Assembly: GCF_000315625.1 (NCBI RefSeq)
Contig: NW_005434660.1
Span: 172,711-236,710, forward strand
From: Guillardia theta CCMP2712
Lineage: Eukaryota; Protista; Cryptophyta
Direction of reading: 5' to 3'
Length of the DNA: 64,000 nt
Shown here: positions 25,257 to 40,914 of the stretch, one piece after another
Layout of the letters: every line of letters starts with the position of its first letter
Position numbering within the stretch: position 1 is the stretch's first letter
Position numbers and translations under genes: made by a program
The notes under the pieces: model-generated
The model's database searches: none
What the model was told of the DNA's origin: nothing
The model's input: only the letters and a program-made list of their open reading frames with translations

Positions 25257-28130
25257 ATGAAGAGCTTGACCAAGCTCTCAACAAGCCCTTCTTTCTTCTT
25301 CTCTTCCCTCTTCCTCTCCCTCCTGCTGTTGGATTCCTGCCATGGTTTTGCGGTCACGCAGCTTTCAAGGGCGTTTGTCAAAGGGAGTAGCATCAATCAG
25401 TATCTTCACATAAACGGTCTCACACTGCAACATAACATAGCATGCGCTACGAGATGTTCTTTGCTGCCTTGTATTCGGAGCATTCTACACGATGCATCAG
25501 TGATCTGTACGTCGCAGGCTCGAAAAACTTCTTCCCTGACGACATATTCGACTACCTCGTTGGAGGTCTGACATCTATCCTAGCATCAAAACATTAGCTC
25601 ATGACATTCTTGCCGTAGCCGGCTACAGTCGAGATGCTCTTGAACATGTCATCCCCGTGCTCCGAACACCAGCTGCCTTGTGTGTGCGAGTAAACACTCT
25701 GAAGACAACCATCGAAGATGTTGATTGCGCCTGAGGTCGAGCATCGCTTCTTCTGACCTCACAGTCAGGTCGAGCGAGACCTGTTGACCTACTGCAGAGA
25801 GACATGCAAGTATGAGCCGAGGCTGTACAGGTGCTCCATGAAACCCAAACTTTGTCTTCTCTCACACCTTCACGACAGGCATGAGGCACTACCGGAATGT
25901 ATCATCATCAAGCCGACGTACAATGAGGAAGCAAGACTCTTCTCTTGATGCTCTTGTCGTCATTCTTCCCTTGTACAGGAGTTGGTGAGACAGCTTGCCG
26001 AGGATACGACCTTCAACGACCTCCCCAAAGTGACCCTCCCTCCTTCCCTCCCTCCCTCCTTCCCTCCCTCCCTCCCTCACTCACTCACTCCCTCCCTCCC
26101 TCACTCACTTCCTCCCTCCCTCACTCACTCACTCCCTCCCTCCCTCCTTCCCTCCCTCCCTCCCTCACTCACTGCCTCATTCACTGCAATCCTCTCACTG
26201 GCTAACAGGTGCTCGTGGGTCGTCTGTGCGGAGAAGCAGTGATGCAAGGAGCGCAAATCTTCGCTCCTGGGATCGCAGCAGCTCCGTACAGCATGAACCA
26301 GGGAGATCTGCTGGCAGTCTACGGTAGGCGAGGACAAGGGGGAGGGAGGGCAAGGAAATAAGCAGGAGATGCTGATGTTTAGAGCAGCCGACACGACAGA
26401 CGCGGTCCAACGAGGAGGCGTTACAGCTGGTTGTGTTTACAGTGAACGTTTTGCCGTGTACTGAACATGTTTGGTGATGACAGGAAAGCAGCCGAAGGCG
26501 ACTGATGTTGTCATTGACACCTCCAAGTCTGTTTTTCTTGGAATTGGGCGAGCTTGCATGAACAGGTAGGATGGATGTGATATCGAAAGTTGATGACAGT
26601 CTTTGTGGTTAGGAATGGAATGTTCGGGAAAGATCCAAGGGGGATCGGGATTGAGGTCGGAATGATCGCATGTCAGCTAGCAAGGTGCACGGCTGATAAG
26701 AGCAGCAGATGACAAGCAGGATATGGGACTCTCCTCCTCTATCAGGTTCGGAGAGGAAGGGAATGGAGAGGAGGGAGCAACAGAAAAAGAGAAAGGGAGG
26801 AGAGGAGAGAAGAGAAGAAAAGAGAGAAGAAGAGGATGGAAAGAGTACAGGGAAGGTGAACCTGGGATCAGGTTGGAGGGAGGATGTCTGTATGCTCCAG
26901 TCTTTCCCCGCTGCCTTCACGTCCCTGCTACTTGAGCCGAAGAGCGGCGAGCGAGTCCTCGACATGTGCGCGGCGCCAGGAGGAAAATCAACGCACATCG
27001 CCCAGCTTATGAAGGACAGAGGAGAAGTTGTCTCGTGCGATCGGAGGTGACGCTTGCAAGGACTGTGAGTGTGCGTGTTGTGATATGCAGTGCTGCTACA
27101 GCTCATCAAAGGTGGAGAAGATTCAGCAGCTGGCAACGAGGTACAGCAAGTCTGCATCGTCTCCAAACATGCCTGAGCCTGACAAGGTTGGGACTTTCCT
27201 GCATTCGGCCTACAAAGGCAGACGCGACGTGCTCTGTTGAGAGAGGTCAGACCTCTGTCACAGCGAAGGTTCTTTCTCCTCCTCATGTCCTCCCTTCGTA
27301 GGAACGATAGAGCGGGAGAGCTTTGACCGGGTTGAGACCTCAGGAGGGAGCAGAAGCATCTGAAGCTGCTTCAGGTCCTCCTCGATCCTCCGTGCTCGGC
27401 TCTGGGGCTCAGACCTTCGCTGCGGGTAGCGAGCAACAGGTGCGTCTCCTCAGACACTGCGGTCTTAGCCCCTGTCCTCTCTCTCCCCTCCTCCTCCCCA
27501 TCCTACTTGTCACCTCCTCTCCCTCTGACCTCCATCTCCTTGCAGCGCCTGGAGCGCGTCCCGATCCTCGAGGCTGCAGGCTGATTCCCTCCACCAACTC
27601 CAGCTGTACCAGCGGCAGATGATCAGACAGGTCCGACGACCCCAGCTTGCATCCAGCTGACCTGCGGCATGGCAGGCTGTGATGGCGCTGAAGCCTGGGG
27701 GTAGGCTCGTTTACTCGACGTGCACGCTGAACCCTCAAGAGAACGAGGGGAACGTGGCATGGATGTTGAGGTGAGGAAGTGAGGCAGGGGGAGCAGCGGC
27801 CTGACCGTTAGGCTGCCAGGAACTTCGACGTGCAGCTAGTTGAACATCCTCTCGCTTCCCTCGGGCTGCATGGCATGAGCTGCCCGGGCCTCGAGGACGA
27901 CGACGCCCGCAAGGTGACTGACCGTGAGTGCTGGGGCCCGGCGAGGATCTGATGAGACTTCAGCTGTTTCGGTTCGTCCCTGGGACGCTGTTGCAGCTGC
28001 AACGGATCGACACTAACGAGGTCAACGGCTTGGTAGTAACCTCAAACGAGTATCGCTGACTGACTTTCAGCTGGAAGACGTCGATCTCTTTCCCGGCTTC
28101 TTCGCTGCTTGTCTACAGAAACTTCAGTGA
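25257..28130 (+). CDS. NSUN6: NSUN6-like RNA m5C methyltransferase (PUA + RsmB/NOP2 domain) with bipartite leader
   Basis: Many small exons: [10 protein letters not shown]; [23 protein letters not shown]; [29 protein letters not shown] (motif I); [17 protein letters not shown] (motif IV); [20 protein letters not shown] (motif VI Cys); [13 protein letters not shown] (stop 28130). Confidence 0.9.
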
Positions 28131-28365
28131 CGCGCCGGGCGGGTCGGCAAGACTCCCCGGGCCGAGGCCCGGGCCAGGCCGGCTGCCAGCCTCAGTCAGG
28201 CCGGCTCAGGCTCAGTCCACGGTCCAGCACCGTTCAACGCCGGTTCAACCGACCGGGGCCCGGGGGCGCCAGGATTATCTTTAGATTATTTATGGGGCTG
28301 CAGCTAAAAAGATAAGATGTAGCCAATAGCCTAGAATCAGTAAAAGTACTACAGTCAAAGAAGCA

Positions 28366-31003
28366 TTATTCGATCTGCTTGTCTTCCATCAGTTTCATTC
28401 TCTCCTGCACCACCGCCATGAGTTGCAAAGAAACAAGATGATGGCGCATGCCTGGATGTCTTTCAGGAGGGAGATACTGGTAGACATGCTAGACTCCAAG
28501 GACGCGATTCTTTGCTGGATCTGAGATGCAGTGTCAGCCTTGTCATCGAGCACAAGGAAAGAGCTACCGATGTGAGAGTATCGTCTCCAGCATTTTCTTG
28601 CTTCATCTTGAATGTCCTCTCCCTGACCAGCCCCGTTAGCGATGATGGATACGCTGCTTACCCGTCGTTCAACCTGGGGAGCCAGTCGTAGCGGAGAGGT
28701 CCTTCAGCGGGCCAGACCTGAGAGGAGATCAGGAGCTAAGAAGCGCTAGAGGAAAAGGCAAGACATCACCTGGCTCTTGATGAACTTCTCTTGTCCCGTT
28801 AGGTATGAGTTTGCCTTGGACTTGATATAGAGCAGGAAGAAGAGATACCAGCGAGGGTTGTGCTCTTGAAGGACGTGCTTCTCGAAACCGCTTCCGTTCT
28901 ATGCAAGACAGTCAGAATTGACGGGAAGCATCAGGCCAAGACACACCTGGTCAATCTGAAATCGTTCGAGGTTGCAGATGAAGCATGTGGACTTGAGATC
29001 GTTCTCTGCAGTCTCACGCTTGTCTCTCAGCCCGCTGAAGGCATCGATGACGATTCCGGTGATGATGGCAAGCAGCACGTAGATGAAGAGCCACTGCAAT
29101 CGCGGTCAGCCCTTCATCTTTGTTCACTGGACCACCTGATAGAGAAGATCCCAGACGACTCTGAAGAGGAAGAAAGACGGAGATGATACTGCGTCAACAA
29201 TGTTTGATGGAAATGTCGGGCTGGTCGTGACATCCCGGATACCATCTCCTCGCATTGCAATGAAGAAATAAGCCATGAAGCACTGAAACATGTTCACACA
29301 GATGTAGTTGCCATCTCCGTCTTGATGTATGTCTTCGAAGGCAATCATTCCCAACACCATCCAGATGTACATGAAAACTAGTCCGATGATAAAGGTGTTG
29401 AACATCTCCACCGCCTTGAACTTCATGGCGTCCACAACAGTCTTGGAAGAGTTGAAGTAGAATACCTGCATCTCTGTCAAGCTCGTTCCTCGTCAACTCA
29501 AATGTCACCTCGAAGAAGGCAAAGATGGTGAAGAGCGGTCCGTTAGTGATGGCCGCAGTCAGACCACAAGCGAAGAAGGCGGTTTCATAGATGAAGGTGC
29601 TGGATGTCAGCACAGAGACGAGATCTTGATAGCTTGAACGAGGAATTCTCTTTGTAATTCTCGACCAAGCCCTCCGATGTTTGGTAGCAGGCTGTAAATG
29701 TTGTATGGTCTCACTCGCTTCCTCTTCCGCTTCCGCTTCCTCTCCATCCTCCTCCTCCTCCTCCTCCTGCTCGCCGTCCGGGGTCGCCTCAAGATAGCTA
29801 GCGAGCGATCCCGAATCTTTGACATCCTTATCGTTCTCTCGCATCTCCATGATGATGACTGGAACATGAGCGATCATGAATGAGAAATACCGGATCGAGC
29901 AGATCAGCAGATTGATTCGACACATGTACATCGAGATCTCTTGCACAGATGGAACAACAGTCCGATAGAAGTACTTGTCGTTGGTTGTTGCGCTGGAAAG
30001 GCTTGACAGATTCTGGAAAAGCTGGCGAGAGGACAAGCCTGACAAGCTTGTGTTGGGCGGGTAACTCCCCAGTACCATCATCGCATGCAGCAACAAGACC
30101 CACAGGTAGGATATCCTGCAGATAAGGCTCCAGCGGTCGATGGCGAACCCGAACCAAGTTCTTCGCAGACGTGACTGAAATTCCTCTCGAGCAACGATCT
30201 TGCAGAGGTTCTTGAGGAAGCCTTGATTCTTCTTGTCGGGGTCTTCTCTTTCAGTCTCGTACATCTCCGCATACTCCTTGTCCAGCGCTCCCCCTGCCAC
30301 ACACTTGTCCGGCAGCTGATAGTAAATTCGCTCCAGCCGCCCTTCTCGCTGGATCTCCACGTACGCGGTCCTCTGCTCATAGAACCTGACGGCAGAAGGA
30401 GCAGACACGAGCGCGGATTGAATGGTTCCAGTCTGATCGTACTCGATCACAAACCGCATGACAAAGTAGTAGAGCGCGCCCTCCCTGATGATAGCTTCCG
30501 ACGATATTCCGATCTTTTTGTCATGCAGCTCATAGCAAGAGTTCATCTGAAACACCATTGCAGCCCAGGAGACTGTTGTGATCATCCGCTGAGGAAGCAT
30601 CTCTCCTTGTACGCCTTCCAGCAGAGCGAAGGAACACGACACAACCGCGAGTTTCAGCCTTGATCGCACCGCGTTCCTCTCCTCCTCTGTCACTTCGTCG
30701 GGCATCACCTGGGCTAAGCTTTTCCTTCTCGCCACAAGGGTCTGCTTGTCGATTTCTTCAAACCTGATCTTGTGGAGGATTCTATCGCAGAGGTCGAAGA
30801 AGTCAGCGATGGCGATGGACTCTTGGTTGGGATAGTTAGGTCCGTGCATGGTGTCTGCCAGCATAAGAAAACCGCGAATCGCCGCCTCGACCAGCACAAA
30901 GTCTCCTTTCTGAAGGGCATCTTTCAGCTCCTGCAAGCAGAGAAGAAGTCAGAGAAGCGCTCGCTAGAATGAGAGACAAAACCAGAGAGAGAGAGAGAGA
31001 GAG

Positions 31004-31062
<59 letters not shown>

Positions 31063-34000
31063 AGGGGAGAGGGGGAGAGAAGGAGATAGAGAGTACAGGT
31101 TCAAGCACGATCTGATATTTGATCGCTTCGTCAAGGAAATTGTAAGATATCTTATTCAAGCTCTGCAATCTGAAGATGTCTTGCAATTTCTTGTTTTGTC
31201 CCATGCACAACCTTCGAATCATCTTCATCACCTGATGTCTCATCTCAACAACTAGTTTCCCTTGCAGCACGCGGCTATACCTCTGTGATGAGCATCTGTG
31301 ACTCTCCAAAAGCTTGCGAGACTGCGCTTTTGCTTCTCCCTCTCATCGACTTGCGAGACAGCATTCGTTCTGCGTTCTCTTGCTTCGCTCGCTTTCGGAC
31401 ATCCTTGAGGCCCTCGACCGCATCCTGAAATATCTTGTTGATCTGAACGAACAGGTGCTGGCTCGACGACGACATGAAGAACTTTGCAAACTGCTTCTGC
31501 ACGTCAGGGTTTCCGCCATGCAGCAGAGCGTTGGCGAAACTGAGGCAAGCTTGCAGGATGTCGCTGTCGTTGGAGAAGGCGAGAAGGTTGATGATGATGT
31601 TTACTCCTCCAAACTTGCTCAGGTTCGCCTGCAGTCTGATGTAAGACGGGTCCGCAAGCTCCTCGTCACTGGGGTCCTCGTTGTGCATGAGGGGCTTGAA
31701 GCTTACTTCCTGCTGCCCTACAGACTTGTTTGCGGGGTTCATGTAGATGATCGCCCTCAGCACCTTAAGACCTCTAAGCTGGACACTCTGCTCGCACTTG
31801 TTGGAGACGAGGACGCGGCAGAATTGCTGGATGACTGCAAAGTCTCCCTTGTCACGCACAACGCCATGCACAAGAGTCCTCGCGAAATCCTTGAGGGCGT
31901 CGGCCTCAAGTATCTCCTTCCTGCTGTCCATGAACCCGCACTTGTCAGCGAGCATCTCGTAGAAGTTGGTCCAGCCCTCCAGGAACTGCTCCTTGCGGCT
32001 CCGGGGCGCTGTGTCATCGTCCTCGTCATCGGGGGCCAGGTCAAATTCTTCTCCTTGAACCCCTCGCTCGTTCATCAGCGTCAGAAGCTCGATGATCTGC
32101 CTGGACTCCTCCAGCCTGCTGATCCTGATCAGCTTGCGGTTGAGCTCTGTTAGTTTGGATCTGATATCCTGATTCAGATCCTTGCAGATGGAATGCTTGA
32201 TGACCTCGTCAGGACAAATCTCTGTCTCTTTGAACATTTCTTTCATCGCGCAAACAACTTTGATAAGGTAAGAAAAGTGAGCGTTGGTTTCGTTGTCCTC
32301 CGACTTCTTCACTTGGTCGTCCCCCGAGATCGTTGGCAGGATCGTTGTGACATGTTCCGAAGCCGCCTCTATGGAGCTGAGAAAGAGTTCAGCGAGGGAC
32401 TGGTCGCTCTCGTCGGGAATGGAGTTATAGGAGCTATCGCTTGCTGCGATGACGGACTTGTAGTACTTGGAGGGCCAAACTCGTCGCGAGTTCTGCATCT
32501 GCTTGATTGCGAGGATATCGACAGAGGTAAGGTAGATCTCAGTGATGAAGGTCAACCAGGCTGATCTCACATTTTGCAACACCTCGATATCTACCGCCTG
32601 TCGGACACCATCGGGCCCCTTATCAACATCTAACAAGTTTGCTAAAGCCACCTCAAACGAGACCTCCTGCTGTATCTTGACTTTGTTTCCAACGTTCTTG
32701 CCAGTGGCGCAAGACGACAAGATCTCAAGGCTGGCGATGTGATATTTGATCAAACTCCCGAGCTCTCGTCTGTGCTCTCCCTCCATCATCATCGTCAGCC
32801 GATCTTTGCCATACCTCTCGTCCGATATGAGCAGAACCTTGGACTGCCTGTAGTCGCACGTGAGATCAAGAATGGCTTCTTTGTCCTCCATGAGCAGCCG
32901 GAGGATCAGGTCCTGGTTTCGCTTCAGCGGAACATTGTCGATGATGAGAAAGACGTCGAAGAACCGGAGCCAGCGAGCGTTTCTCCCATGCCGTTTGATG
33001 GAATTCAGAAAGTGCCGGAAGAAGTGCTCCGGGACTTGTGTTGCCAACCTTGCATTGTTCCTGACCATCTCGCGGAGAGTGTCGGCGACGTTTAAGTTTG
33101 AAACGCCTACGTGATCTAAGAAGACTCCGAGGAGCGGAAACAACTTCTTCTGCGCTGGTGGATGGTTGCTAGCAAGAGCACGAAGAAAGTTGTAGCACAG
33201 CTGAAACAGCTTCTTCCTCCTAGCGACTTTCGCTTCTCCTCCGCTTTGTTGAGAACTCTCGTTGATGGTCAACCTTAGCAGGTCAACCACAGGCTCGTCC
33301 AGCTCCCAATTCAACATGATCCGCTGGTTCTTGGCGACGATCTCCTTGGGGATCTGAGAAGAGAGGGTGATGCTGAAAGTGACATGTTTCAGGAGCTTCT
33401 CAGCTTCTACATACGCGCTCTCTTCATCAGAGTTGAGAGACTTCTTGAGGTCGGTCAACCTCTCGATAATGTACTTGATCTCGTTGTAGACAGTGACAGC
33501 CTCGGGGTAGACTAGCACCTGCAGTTGCTTCAAGTCCTCGATGAACTTGCTCCGCTGAAACAAGTGGGAGATAAGGAAAGACACTGCCTGCTCGGTGAGC
33601 GCCACATCTCCCAGCCTCATGACAGACAGGACGGCTGAGATGGTCTCATCGTTTTGGAAGTTGTCTTTCTCATAGACGTCACTCGAGATTCGCTCGGGGC
33701 TCACGATGTTCTTATTGAAGATGTTCTTCATCAGCCTCTCGATCTCGTCTGCGTAGGGTCTGAACTTCTCCCTCAGTGTTTCCAATAGGTTCATCCGCAG
33801 CGAGAATGTCCTTGAGCCGTGGGAGGAGCTGAAGAGGCGAGAAGACGATTCGATGAGCGGGTTCTTGTCAAAGACGATCTTCCTGGCGCTCATCTTCTCG
33901 AATACATCCTCCCAGCACTTTAACGCGCAGGTCAAGCGATAGTTGGCGCGGAGATTGCAGAGACGAGTCAAGAGCTCAAAGCACTTTGATCGAATTTTCA

Positions 34001-37000
34001 TCCTCAAGATCTCCTCTCGGTTCTCGGCGCTCTTGACGTGCAGGTGGCGACTTCCGATCATGCGGAAGAGACCGTCATAGAGCTGGACGATCCCCTTGAA
34101 GTTTGCCTTCAGCTCATCTCGATCCTCCACAATGAATCCAAAGTCCACCAGCCAGTCACACAAGTCGATCCAGGACAAGATCAAGTCCAGCTCGCCATGG
34201 CTAGCCATGCTCAGATTCCACTCGCCTCGTGCGCCATCAGACGGTTTCTCGCCTTCCCAGGTGCAGAGAGAGTGGAGCAGGTGGTCAGTCAACTTGCGAA
34301 ACTTGGCCAGGGTGTCCTCAGAGTAGTTTGTTTCCTTCCTGTCAGCGAGGACAGGCGACGCCTTAATGAGCTCCTCCGCATCTTTCAACGACTCGGTCCA
34401 GATCCGCGTGTAGGAGATCTGGGGCTTGGAAGACTGAGGGTCCCGATCAACGTGGAAGCGCAGCATCAGCTGGGAAAACCTCGCCCGCACCATGGCAGGG
34501 ACTCTTGGGGAGGTCATGACCGCAAAGAGGCTGTCAAAGTCGAGGGGAAAGCCGAAGTTGTCCATCGCCAGCGTCAAGGCCACGTGGTTGCGACCAACCA
34601 CGAGGTTGGAGAGGAGGGAGCAGCACCGGATGAGGTACCTGAACATCTTCTCATCACTGTTCAGCGTGAAGTACTGGCAGATCATGATGCTCGACGCGTA
34701 GTCGGACACAGAACCCGGGCTCACGGTTCCAGCAAGAAAATTTGACATGCTGATCCAACGGCCTTCATTTTCTGATTGTGCAGAAACAGGCAGCATGAAT
34801 TCCAGCTCAACTCCAGCTGCTTCGCGGTTGATACGATACTTGGGAAGCAGGTAAAAGAAATCTTTGAAGAGTTTCTCACAGACGAGAGCTTGGTTCTTCG
34901 GGATTGGATCATCTCCACACGCGCAAATCGCTGCCAGGAAGTCGACATGTCGGGGATCGCGCTCGGTCTCAAGCATCTCCATGAATTTGGCGACATCACT
35001 GTCTTGGATCAGGTTTAAGATCCTCCTCTTTCCGTAGAAAATCTCCTTCATGGCAACTGTCGCAGAGACTCCTTTCCCCAGCTGACTCTTAATTACATCC
35101 ATGCGCTCGAAGACAAGCTGAGCGTTCTGCTCATTCTCGCGTACCATGTGCTTCATCAGTCTGTAGATCATGCGCAGCATGACGACCATGTCCTTGGCAG
35201 ACTTGTCCTTCTCGAGCCATGTGAGGGGCAGAAGCTTCTGGAAGGGAAGCTCAGCGATGTCCAAGCACAGAGTTATGACGTTCATCTCGCGGAGCAGCTT
35301 CTGGATGAGAGGTCGAGGACGACCCTCACGAGTCATGGGGTTCATGTCGGTATCTGACGAGCATTGCAAGATCAGCGCTGTCAGCGCAGAGATCAAAGAC
35401 GCGTGATGGCGCTTGAACATTTCCACCACCTTCACCGCTGCCTCCGACAGCGAGCCTCCTTGACCTCCGCTGCAGAATCTGATCAAGAAGAAACAAGCCA
35501 GTCAAATTACCTGTCATCTCCTGCTTCTTCGACAAACACTACGAGCTCAAGACGATTGCGGAATTGCAGAAGTACAGCGACCTCTGACTTCAACTGGAGC
35601 GAGGTCAGGATCAAACGCAGTCACTGGTTCGCAAACCTGCTTGATCAGATCCTCGTATGTCTTGGGAACAGGAACGAGAATAAACGCGTCTCTCTCGGAG
35701 TTGAGAGCTCCCAGGTCGGTCGTGATTGCTTTGTTCCCCGAGCACTTCTTCCCGGCTCGCTCCGAGACTGTGATGCTCTCACCATGCGACATGGATAGCC
35801 ATCCATTCCCCTGGATCATGATGAGTGAGTGTGTGTACACGCTCTTGGTGGAAACGTCCTTGGCAAAGTGCCGGAAGGAAAAAAGAGTTCCCTCAGAACA
35901 ATGCTTGGTAGTTGCTAGATGCCCCCCATTGCTCTTCAAGTACAGGCCGCTCACCAAGTGCTTCAGTCGATAACGTTTTCGTTCATCGCACTCGATGTTT
36001 TGTCCTCCAAGGTAGATGTGCTCCCCCTCGATCTTCCATAACCATCCCGATTTCTTCCTGTCGATGGGCTTGACTTTCCTTCTCAGGTGAAAGAAGGGGT
36101 TTGGGTTCAACTGAGAGTCGAAGTTAAGGTACGACTCTCCGTCTTTGTGGTAGATACAAACAACGTCCTCAGACTTGATGATGTTTTCTTCGCTGGACAG
36201 CTGAAATGACTGGAATAACAAGGCTCTCCAGGAGGTCGAGTCAGCATCATGTACTGAAGCATCCATCTCATGCACAACTTCTTGGGTCTCACTCTCATCT
36301 GGGTCGATCGCAATGTTTTGTTTCTGCGACACATGAAGACGGCAGATATTCCCAACGATCTTCTTCTCCGAAAAGAAGCATATCAGATCTCCCGAGTTCA
36401 CCGGCTCCCCCTGCCCGAACGTCTTGTATGCTGGCAGCACAATGAAGATGGAGTTCTCAGATCCATTTTGCAGCAATTCTAGTGATTTGCTACTCTTCTC
36501 GGCTCCTGCTTCTTTGACACTGTGAGAATGAAACCTGAAGAGGCATGCACAAACTGAATCGCATCGCCATATTTCACGATCTCTCCTCTCTGCCTCCTCT
36601 CCTCTGCTTTGTTCGCCTTCGATTCCTCCTCGAAGTCGATCAACAATCTGTACATTTCCCTCAGCTCTGTAAGGTTCTGAATCTTGTGCAAGCGAGCAAA
36701 CTCTTGTACAGCATATTCGATCTTGTAGACATTCTTGGGCAGAGATGGCAGGTCAAGTCCTTGGCCCCCATCCCAGGATCCCTTCTTCACAAGCTTTCGC
36801 AGCGCCTTGGCAGCCTCATACTGAAACTTGGGGATGATGATCCAATGGCACAGCTCCATGTTGGACGGCATTGCGACCTCAGGCTCCAAGACTCGAACTC
36901 CAGGAGTTTTGCTGAGCGAACTACATGCATGTTATCTCTCATAGCAGCGAGAACTTTCACCTGTCGTAGAAGGCCAGCCCGTTGAAGCCGTTGGGAACCA

Positions 37001-37094
37001 ACGCCACGGAGTGTCCATACCGCAATGGCGGATGCAACTTTAAAGGGTCAAACCCCCGCAGCACTGAAAGTTGGCCTGATCCAGCAAGCTCCAT
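28366..37094 (-). CDS. Inositol 1,4,5-trisphosphate receptor / ryanodine receptor-family Ca2+ release channel
   Basis: Suppressor/MIR region (IIPKFQYEAAK; VKYGDAIQFVHASSG; YRLKHLVSGLYL); RIH (QKLLREMNVI; DFLAAICACGDDPIPKNQ); ALLHGGNPDVQ; RIH-associated (LCMGQNKKLQDIFRLQ; MHGPNYPNQ; YVEIQREGRLERIYY); TM helices; pore AMRGDGIRD; S6 LLAIITGIVIDAFSGLR; zinc finger CFIC..H..EHN. Includes a ~4.2-kb exon. Confidence 0.93.
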
Positions 37095-37261
37095 GCTCTC
37101 GTATCCGCGTTCGCTCAAGGTTCAAGTCGATGAGTCATGAAGGATCGAAGCTCTGCGAAAGACAAGGTTGCATCAGGCGAAATGAAGCAAGAAGGAGGGG
37201 AAAAAGAATTATACTCAAATTGAGGAGGAACTCTTCAGAAATAAAATAGTGATGGTAGCGG

Positions 37262-37850
37262 GTAGTACACGAAAGCATCAAAGACAAGGAAATATCAAGA
37301 GGAAGGAGGGGGTGCATGGGTGTACATGAAAGCATCAAAGACAAGGAAATATCAAGAGGAAGGAGGGGGTACATGGGTGTACATGAAAGCATCAAAGACC
37401 AGGAAACATATATCAAGAGGAAGGAGGGGGTACATGGGTGTACATGAAAGCATCAAAGACAAGGAAATATCAAGAGGAAGGAGGGGTACATGGGTGTACA
37501 TGAAAGCATCAAAGACCAGGAAACATATATCAAGAGGAAGGAGGGGGTACATGGGTGTACATGAAAGCATCAAAGACAGGAAACATATATCAAGAGGAAG
37601 GAGGGGGTACATGGGTGTACATGAAAGCATCAAAGACAGGAAACATATATCAAGAGGAAGGAGGGGTACATGGGTGTACATGAAAGCATCAAAGACAGGA
37701 AACATATATCAAGAGGAAGGAGGGGTACATGGGTGTACATGAAAGCATCAAAGACAGGAAACATATATCAAGAGGAAGGAGGGGGTACATGGGTGTACAT
37801 GAAAGCATCAAAGACAAGGAAATATCAAGAGGAAGGAGGGGGTACATGGG
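37262..37850. repeat. Minisatellite, ~10 copies of a 56-61 bp unit
   Basis: Unit GGGTGTACATGAAAGCATCAAAGAC(A/CA)GGAAA(CATA)TATCAAGAGGAAGGAGGGG(G)TACAT. The core gaaagcatcaaagac occurs at ~37271, 37328, 37385, 37446, 37502, 37563, 37623, 37682, 37741 and 37801. Confidence 0.95.
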
Positions 37851-38758
37851 TCTCCCGTTCATTAAGTTGGGGGAGCAGCATGAAGATGGAGGAGAGAGCA
37901 TGATTGATAGCGGTCAGTTTTTCTTTCTCCATCCCCACCTGCCCGCATAAAAATCAAACAAGTCGGGGCTGACCTGAACCCCTCTCTTGCCCTAAAACTA
38001 CCCACGTTCTTATACCATCCAGAGGAACATTTCGTGCTCGTACAGTATACAGCGGTAACTAAATAATATCTGCCGCGGCACGCGTTGCCGTTCCCTCTCG
38101 TTGCCGGATGAGTTAACCAGGGTGGTTCTGGTAGTAGTTTTAGTCAAATTCGAATACCAAGATATTTGACCTAAAATTTTTGCTCCGTCACCCACTTTTT
38201 GTACCTCTTCCGTTGCAGCCATCGCGACCTCTTAAACAAGGAAAGGCAACATTGAGTAAACCTTCCTTCTATTTGAAATGAATAGGCGTGTATAGTTGAC
38301 CAACTAATCATGCGGGGTCTCGGGGTAAGTATTCAAATGAAACATGTAACAACTTCACTCGTCTCTCGAGTCCCCACTGATCTTTACTCCCATCTCCACT
38401 CAGGGACTGTTTGCACAGCTGCTCAGCGCAATCAAGGTCCATGGCCCGTCAATGTTAACTCCTGACAGTCCAAGGCAAGTGCTGAGATCAAACAGCTCAA
38501 TCCTTGGCTGAGAATCACACCTATAGCAGGTTAAATGTGTAAGGTATGTGTAAGGTATACATCCACATTTGCACTTGCCTTGCTATATTTGAACTGAAAC
38601 ACCTCAACTCTGATGTACTAAAGCCCTGATCAGCTACAGGTGTTTGTGAAGATGGGAGGAGTTTGAGAGGCTGAAGGGAAAGGGAAGGGAAAGGGAAGCC
38701 GGGCTGGGAGCCTATTGATATGCTGATCGCGAGAGAGGAGATGCCAGAGGAGAGACGG

Positions 38759-40914
<2,156 letters not shown>

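Noticed and set aside
25710-25745. Apparent premature stop (EDVDCA*) suggesting the first NSUN6 copy is a pseudogene
   Set aside because: A short GT-AG intron after TTIED restores the frame ([11 protein letters not shown]).
31314-34745. Long plus-strand ORFs opposite the channel gene
   Set aside because: Antisense shadows caused by GC3-rich codon usage.
37262-37850. CRISPR array or repeat-encoded ORFs (37320-37950)
   Set aside because: Units are contiguous with no unique spacers, there are no cas genes, and the context is eukaryotic. The ORFs are by-products of the repeat.
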